From: Bacteroidaceae bacterium | Lineage (GTDB): Bacteria; Bacteroidota; Bacteroidia; Bacteroidales; Bacteroidaceae | Assembly: GCA_045645045.1 (NCBI GenBank) | Contig: JAZRIA010000208.1 | Span: 1-52,244 of the forward strand | Direction: 5' to 3' | DNA: 52,244 bases | Part shown: one piece after another, positions 48,101 to 52,244 of the stretch | Numbering within the stretch: the first letter of the stretch is position 1 | Layout of the letters: every line of letters starts with the position of its first letter | Notes under the pieces: model-generated | Told to the model about the DNA's origin: nothing | The model's input: only the letters and a program-made list of their open reading frames with translations | Databases searched by the model: none | Position numbers and translations under genes: made by a program

Positions 48101-48322
48101 ATTACCACTAAGTGTCTTCCCATTCAGATTGACCGTCACCGTATGCCCTGCCGCTATGCTCAACGCACCAGTCTGGGTTTGGTTATTATTTAAAATATAT
48201 GATGACCCTGTCAATGCTCCAGATTTTGGCAAAGCAACCTGTCCCCATGTCACTATGGGGACAAAAACAAGCAGCAGTAACTCTAAAGTGCGCAATATAT
48301 TTCTTTTCATACGGTATATCAT
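45149..48322 (-). CDS. Pmp-type (GGAI-repeat) right-handed beta-helix protein, secreted, last gene of pilus locus B
   Basis: 1057-aa ORF with about 20 G-G-[AG]-[IFLVY] motifs (GGAINC, GGGIFV, GGGLYS, GGAIYM x2, GGAIYQ, GGGIFC...). Signal peptide MKRNILRTLELLLLVFVPIVTWGQ has no Cys. It starts 26 nt after the preceding fimbrillin-like gene. The start could instead be the Met at 48310. Confidence 0.7.
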   Translation of the reverse strand: MIYRMKRNILRTLELLLLVFVPIVTWGQVALPKSGALTGSSYILNNNQTQTGALSIAAGHTVTVNLNGKTLSGNGTFQIFQVASGGKLLISGGGTITGGSGVNGGAINCDGSLEITGTASSRIVIERNKATSGGGIFVNASATENCNISYCDIQDNYATTNGGGLYSGVNTTISYSNILRNRAMTSVPDRKTDNPNLGRGGGFYFVGNTTVKPVNELIASTVNDNGCMWYGGGGHLGTNTTLTLNENCEINNNTSIMGGAAGLHVTGTATFNMNGGCISENEALDGVGGGIHSSYTCVLNLNGGKISDNKVWGRGGGININTGGNLVLGGTNITGNYAYKGNLLQSCIVSETGGIYSWSEPTKETNNLANTGYGGGITVDAGSCTMNSGSLSGNYAETGGGGIALVMLNLTGVSYFKMVTVAEFELNDGTVANNTTGGDGAGIYLMKNKAWDSWNNFTDKEKNDLGGESNPEVQAILNGIPQIVLNGGEIKDNIAQNNGGGAFQDENTKFIVNGASRLLSNESVKSGGGVYISEGNAEINGGIIDENSAGEDGGALYVKGNVTVPEGKSTELKNNTSGGNGGAIYMAVGNFDFNLNGTATVTGNSSMGGNGGAIYQGGGTFMVGSNGNIVVGGSLANSNHAVSGSGGGIFCAGTFTVNGKAYITYNQAKNGGGVCVEDGDVTLNEQTFISDNAVTELGGGLYVFNVKPTPVDVSCVGGSFLRNTAKFGGGACMNGNIDLTIASTFADNEAKNGGAIYMMNGVDMNFGAGLIRANRAVKNSDEDYHATAKLATYDAPSGLVKSNGNAIYGIGGGIFMDNSTTLSLSDITHFGLYNNSADWGADDIFLNGHTNTSITLPKTTEMELSGFNAPNDLYWVEDYPNGDINYPNPGRTTGPKRYDEALQDGDWTLGVWERDTEHALSGNYACITLGYDLVFVEFIKAGLNENEDASFLFSYLKNDLVNYEDYIKILLTGAKNGANIRRVVALPSGEWRIKESTWGGRYLAPEFYTSSDKTKQLTFPIKINRKTNRSIYIQNKENPAFSNIKEHENRKQNLMRP

Positions 48323-48348
48323 TTATCTATAATGGAGTATTCGGGACG

Positions 48349-49959
48349 TTACGGCAATGCGGTCTTGATGTCGTCTATTATCCATAGTTTTTTCACATCC
48401 TTGACATGCACGGCCTGCACTGCTATCGAGAAGTCAAGTATTGCATTGGGGACTGGTGGTGCGACAGCAGTCAGCTTGAAAGTCTTGAACAGGGCATCCT
48501 CGCTTGGTATGAAACCTTTTTGTGGTATGGGAAGCATATAATAGTAAAAACCATCCGAACCCTTGCGCCAGTTTCTCGCATTGGTAGTTCCCTCAACAGG
48601 TTCTCCCCCGTTTCCCCAATCCATTACTCCGTCACTCTCTTTCCACGATGCCACAGCGCAGAGACTTCCGTCGGATTCCTCAACGACCCAGTTCCGGATA
48701 ATTGTAGCTCGGACGTAAATGGGAGCCAGGCCTGTGTTTCTGATTACAACATTACTCTTTGTCTTGGTGTCCGAAGAAAGTTGGTCATCCACTTCCGCGC
48801 TTACCTCCTCAGGTGTGGTAATAACGAATGTATACATCCTGCCTTCCTGCCATTCACCGACAACATCCTTTATGGGTTTGCTCAGTTCGTATGTCCTGGC
48901 TTCCGCTTCCGTATCCCATGTATCCTTTATTTTCAATTTGATATATATATATGCCTCCGCATTATCAGTATGGGTCTGCGGCATAAGATAAGATGTGGAA
49001 CCTATCTGCATTCCCGATGTTACGACAAGTGCAGGAGTGAAAACCTGGGCAAAAGTCTTCTTGTCGCTTGAAAGTGACCATTGGGTATCGGATATTCTTC
49101 TGGTACCGCTATACTTCAAGTTCGAGAAATGAATTTCCTCTACGACTCCTTCCGGCATGGTTCCCACCTTCACCTTTACAGCACTCATAGCATGGGACAT
49201 GGCAAAGTTCACCTTTGATTTTGTGTCCCCTGCCAACATCGGATGATCACAAAGCGTAAGAACCACCTGCTTTGACACCTCGGAAGGAACACTGTATGTG
49301 ATAGAAGGCATGTTCTCAGTCACAGACAACTTATAGTCCTCTGTGGAAGCGACACTCCACAGTGTCTTTATGTTTTCTGCATGCGGACTATATGCAAAGA
49401 ACTTTACCCAATAGTCAGGCCCTGGCCAGTATTTGATTGGACTATAGCTGAAATCGTCGTCCACATCCACGTGGGTATTCATCATAAACTGTGCCAATCC
49501 AGTGTTTGCGCCAGTATATCCGGGAGGAGTTGTTTCCGAACCCTTGGTCATAACGTATGAGTATACACCCAAATCGTATTCTGAATCCACATCTGAGGCT
49601 CGTGTGTGTGCAGTCGTATCGCTCTTCGCGTCCTCTGCTGCTATGGGAACTGTCACAGTGGGGATATCCTCCACTATGGCATATATCGTGATGGTGTCTC
49701 CGTTGATGGTTTCGTCAAAGCATACAGGTTCTGTCACATAAACGCTTCGCCTGTCAATAGTATCTTGGTTTTCTGTTCCGGTTCTAGTTTTACCTACCTC
49801 CTGCCATCCTTCCGGCAGTCCCATGCCGAATGTCATCGCATCTGTTGTCTCCAGTGGTTTGTCCGAGAACCATATTTCCTCGGCACACGACGACAGCATC
49901 AGTGTTGCAGCCACAATGCTCAGGACCTTGCAGATACCATAGTTGTTATATCTCATCAT
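48349..49959 (-). CDS. Fimbrillin-like accessory lipoprotein
   Basis: Start at MMRYNNYGICKVLSIVAATLMLSSC. Motifs SPIKYWPGPDYWVKFFAYSP and VNFAMSHAMSAVKVKV. Confidence 0.6.
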   Translation of the reverse strand: MMRYNNYGICKVLSIVAATLMLSSCAEEIWFSDKPLETTDAMTFGMGLPEGWQEVGKTRTGTENQDTIDRRSVYVTEPVCFDETINGDTITIYAIVEDIPTVTVPIAAEDAKSDTTAHTRASDVDSEYDLGVYSYVMTKGSETTPPGYTGANTGLAQFMMNTHVDVDDDFSYSPIKYWPGPDYWVKFFAYSPHAENIKTLWSVASTEDYKLSVTENMPSITYSVPSEVSKQVVLTLCDHPMLAGDTKSKVNFAMSHAMSAVKVKVGTMPEGVVEEIHFSNLKYSGTRRISDTQWSLSSDKKTFAQVFTPALVVTSGMQIGSTSYLMPQTHTDNAEAYIYIKLKIKDTWDTEAEARTYELSKPIKDVVGEWQEGRMYTFVITTPEEVSAEVDDQLSSDTKTKSNVVIRNTGLAPIYVRATIIRNWVVEESDGSLCAVASWKESDGVMDWGNGGEPVEGTTNARNWRKGSDGFYYYMLPIPQKGFIPSEDALFKTFKLTAVAPPVPNAILDFSIAVQAVHVKDVKKLWIIDDIKTALP

Positions 49960-50052
49960 ACGGTTATTTATTGCATAGGGAGCGTTTCTCCCCAAAAAGT
50001 GGTGATTGGGAGGGGACATTCAACCCCGCCCAACCTATAGCATCATTAAAAT

Positions 50053-50077
50053 TCCCTCCGGCCAAGGGCCGGGGGGA
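50053..50077 (-). terminator. GC-rich hairpin after the major fimbrillin gene of locus B (attenuator candidate)
   Basis: Minus-sense UCCCCCCGGCC-CUU-GGCCGGAGGGA followed by AUUUUAAUG. Confidence 0.5.
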
Positions 50078-50095
50078 TGTTATATATTAAAAGAA

Positions 50096-51268
50096 TTAAA
50101 TATCAGAATCGGGCCAATCAACATTGCTATCAGAATCAATTGGAGTTTCCCAATCAACTACTGATGCCGTAAAGACAATTTCATTCAAATTAAATGTCAG
50201 CACAAAGTTATATGCCTTACCCTGTTTCAACAGTCCAGCAGGAACCTCTATTTCCTTTACTGCTGATGATACTGAATGATTGTTACTCAATTTGGTATCA
50301 TTTGTTACAATATCATAATGGATGCGCATATAAACCTTGTTGCTTGCACCTGTACCATCTGCTGTTGGGGGAATCAAGAACAAATAATTGTTCGCACCAA
50401 AAATCAACTCTGGGTCATCGTCCTCCAAGAGGAAACCTTTTTGTGTATATTCAGAAATCCAACTAGCATCGTTATTGCTTACCAATACAGAACCTGTCTC
50501 TCCTGCTACAACATTCAAAGGAGATGCAGCAGCTGTGTAAGTCCATGCGCCCTTGGCATTTGAAACATTAGCAAACTTGTATGTTGCCTCAGTAGCAAAA
50601 CCTGTGCCAGTAAAATCAATCTGCTTGATATTTACCTTTGTCTTGTTATCGGCTGTTCCATCAAAAGCATCGCGATCCAATTTTGCAGTAATACCCAAAC
50701 GTGTAAGTTCATGCTTAAAATCAAATGTAACAGTCTGATTTGAGTTATCTGGATTAACACTAGCCAGGCCCTTGCTTTCATCCATTATCACATCTGCAGT
50801 GAAATCTGCCAACTTGTCCAATTTACCTGTATTAATGGTGTATGTTAAAGTGGGAGTTCCTGTGGCTGTATTTGCGCTCTCTACCGCAATACCATTATCA
50901 CCATCATAATAAGGAGCAAAGGCGAAGAAAGAAATATACTCATAGGTATTCTTTGTAGGCCAATACTTCTTGGGAGAGTATGTCCAAGGAGCAGAAGTAG
51001 AGGTTCTTTCCACCTTTTGGTTGTACATGAAATTAGGCTTTGCTGCGTCTGTCCACGTTGCACCACTAGTATAAAAAGCATACACTCCAAAATCCAACAG
51101 ATTGTCATCGTTTAACACCACACCACGTGTCTGTGCATCTCTACCAACATAGGTACCAAACTCGATAGCATTGTCCCGAGGAATGCTAACCATATTTTCA
51201 TCATTTGAGCAGCTCGTCATTGTCAGAGCGGCAAGGGCGATGAGACCCGTAAACAAACTCTTTTTCAT
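50096..51268 (-). CDS. Fimbrillin family lipoprotein, probable major stalk subunit of locus B
   Basis: 390-aa ORF MKKSLFTGLIALAALTMTSC with motifs YSPKKYWPTKNTYEYISFFAFAPY and FDFKHELTRLGITAK and tail VVDWETPIDSDSNVDWPDSDI. Confidence 0.7.
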   Translation of the reverse strand: MKKSLFTGLIALAALTMTSCSNDENMVSIPRDNAIEFGTYVGRDAQTRGVVLNDDNLLDFGVYAFYTSGATWTDAAKPNFMYNQKVERTSTSAPWTYSPKKYWPTKNTYEYISFFAFAPYYDGDNGIAVESANTATGTPTLTYTINTGKLDKLADFTADVIMDESKGLASVNPDNSNQTVTFDFKHELTRLGITAKLDRDAFDGTADNKTKVNIKQIDFTGTGFATEATYKFANVSNAKGAWTYTAAASPLNVVAGETGSVLVSNNDASWISEYTQKGFLLEDDDPELIFGANNYLFLIPPTADGTGASNKVYMRIHYDIVTNDTKLSNNHSVSSAVKEIEVPAGLLKQGKAYNFVLTFNLNEIVFTASVVDWETPIDSDSNVDWPDSDI

Positions 51269-51350
51269 GTTTAAAATAATTAAAAGTTAATATTAATAAA
51301 ATAAGTTGTTTTGTTATCTATATACATTATTATATATATGGGCAGTGGAA

Positions 51351-52244
51351 TTACATATTAATGTCTACATTTTCTTCTGGTCCCCAATCGTCCACCGTGG
51401 CATCGAAACCACTGCCAGAACCACCTTCCGGTTTTACGTCGGGCAGGGGGGTATCCAGTACCAACTCCAGATTTATGGTTAGTGCATGCACTCCATCCAT
51501 ATCTGCCTTCTTTACGAATGCATCGCCCACCTGGAAGGGAAACTGCAAGATGGTCTTGTTGTCCACAAGGAGCACGTCCAGAATGAAGTTATTCTCTTCT
51601 GCCATTCCCTGATGGTCCGCCGGCAGTCCGAAGCATGATATGCTACCGGATATGCAACCTCGTGTGGGGTCGGCAGGATCCACGGTAACTGACCATTTTT
51701 CCATCAGATGCGTTGCCGTTGTGGTGGTATTCTGTCTGGTTGCCAGCATGCAGCCGTCGGCAAATCCATTTATAGAGGCTCTGGCGGAACGAAGGTTATA
51801 AATGCCCTTCACATACACCTTTACGTTCAGTGTGGAGATTATGTTCAGGGGGACAAGGCTGGAAATGGGGAAAGCCGACTCGTATCGTGTCCTTCCCTGC
51901 TTGGTCTGCATGGCCTGCTGCAGCTTCATCTCGTCGGTAGCCTGCACCATCTCATCCGTCACCACCACATCGGTCTGGCTGTCACAAGCTATCCATTCCG
52001 GCTGCATAATGACAATTTCGTCCTCTGCACGTGTCACATACCACCTGGAGGAGAGTTTGTTGCCCTTCACCACAGCCTTGTAGAACTGGTCCATATCGCT
52101 GAAATACACAGAACCGAACTCAGTGGGGCTTTGGTTGTATACCAGGGTCTTGTATCTGCCGGCAGGCAGGGCCATGGTCGCATAGGATATTTCGTTGGAA
52201 AGCACCGTCCTGCATTGCATTTCAGGATCTTCCGGATATACCAT
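51351..52244 (-). CDS. FimB/Mfa2-like (DUF5119-like) anchor lipoprotein, N-terminus cut by the window edge
   Basis: Collinear similarity to 42240-43298, e.g. LPDVKPEGGSGSGFDATVDDWGPEENVDINM versus LPPMNGSGGGMTPGVDDWNDVEAGIML. Confidence 0.6.
   Translation of the reverse strand: MVYPEDPEMQCRTVLSNEISYATMALPAGRYKTLVYNQSPTEFGSVYFSDMDQFYKAVVKGNKLSSRWYVTRAEDEIVIMQPEWIACDSQTDVVVTDEMVQATDEMKLQQAMQTKQGRTRYESAFPISSLVPLNIISTLNVKVYVKGIYNLRSARASINGFADGCMLATRQNTTTTATHLMEKWSVTVDPADPTRGCISGSISCFGLPADHQGMAEENNFILDVLLVDNKTILQFPFQVGDAFVKKADMDGVHALTINLELVLDTPLPDVKPEGGSGSGFDATVDDWGPEENVDINM

Noticed and set aside
1-52244. Prophage, integrative element or transposon explaining the A/T-rich insertions
   Set aside because: No integrase, transposase, tRNA gene or phage structural ORF is present in any frame of the window. 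The insertions have no identifiable mobility genes.

Overview
The window is Bacteroidota chromosome, most likely Prevotella/Segatella. The left edge (1-107, minus strand) is the 5' end of a 16S rRNA with a Prevotella-type V1 region. Many intergenic regions carry the Bacteroidetes promoter consensus TTTG-N19-21-TAnnTTTG.

Positions 1-35,000 are mostly housekeeping or core-accessory genes:
- DUF975 and YbjQ proteins
- a GntR/ABC operon
- POT and SulP transporters
- ruvA followed by the 2635-aa T9SS translocon gene sprA
- a LicD-centred glycan-decoration cluster
- mnmA, and GH20 and GH95 glycosidases
- a TPP-riboswitch-controlled TonB receptor + PnuC-type (thiamine) uptake operon, interrupted by a MITE-like element
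- glycerate kinase

Two small, visibly A/T-richer insertions sit in this part. One is a GHKL-ATPase + STAS-like (DUF4325-type) gene pair with its own consensus promoter. The other is a stand-alone AAA+/DUF234 ATPase with a PD-(D/E)xK-like motif.

Positions 35,009-52,244 are entirely minus strand and hold two tandem, paralogous type V (Mfa/FimA-like) pilus loci. Their order is DUF3868/DUF3575 OM protein (locus A only; the window ends before the head of locus B), Mfa2-like anchor, major fimbrillin, then accessory or tip proteins.

The most unusual content is in these pilus loci:
- a 1057-aa Pmp-type (GGAI-repeat) beta-helix protein. It has no lipobox, no autotransporter barrel and no recognisable T9SS CTD, yet it is the last gene of pilus locus B.
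- a pilin with an inserted beta-trefoil-like module
- a 1035-aa tip protein ending in two DUF1566/FISUMP-like lectin modules
- a phased 22-bp GTAC-containing tandem repeat in the leader or 5' end of a fimbrillin gene

All calls come from reading the sequence and the ORF track. No database search was run. GC statements are by-eye estimates.
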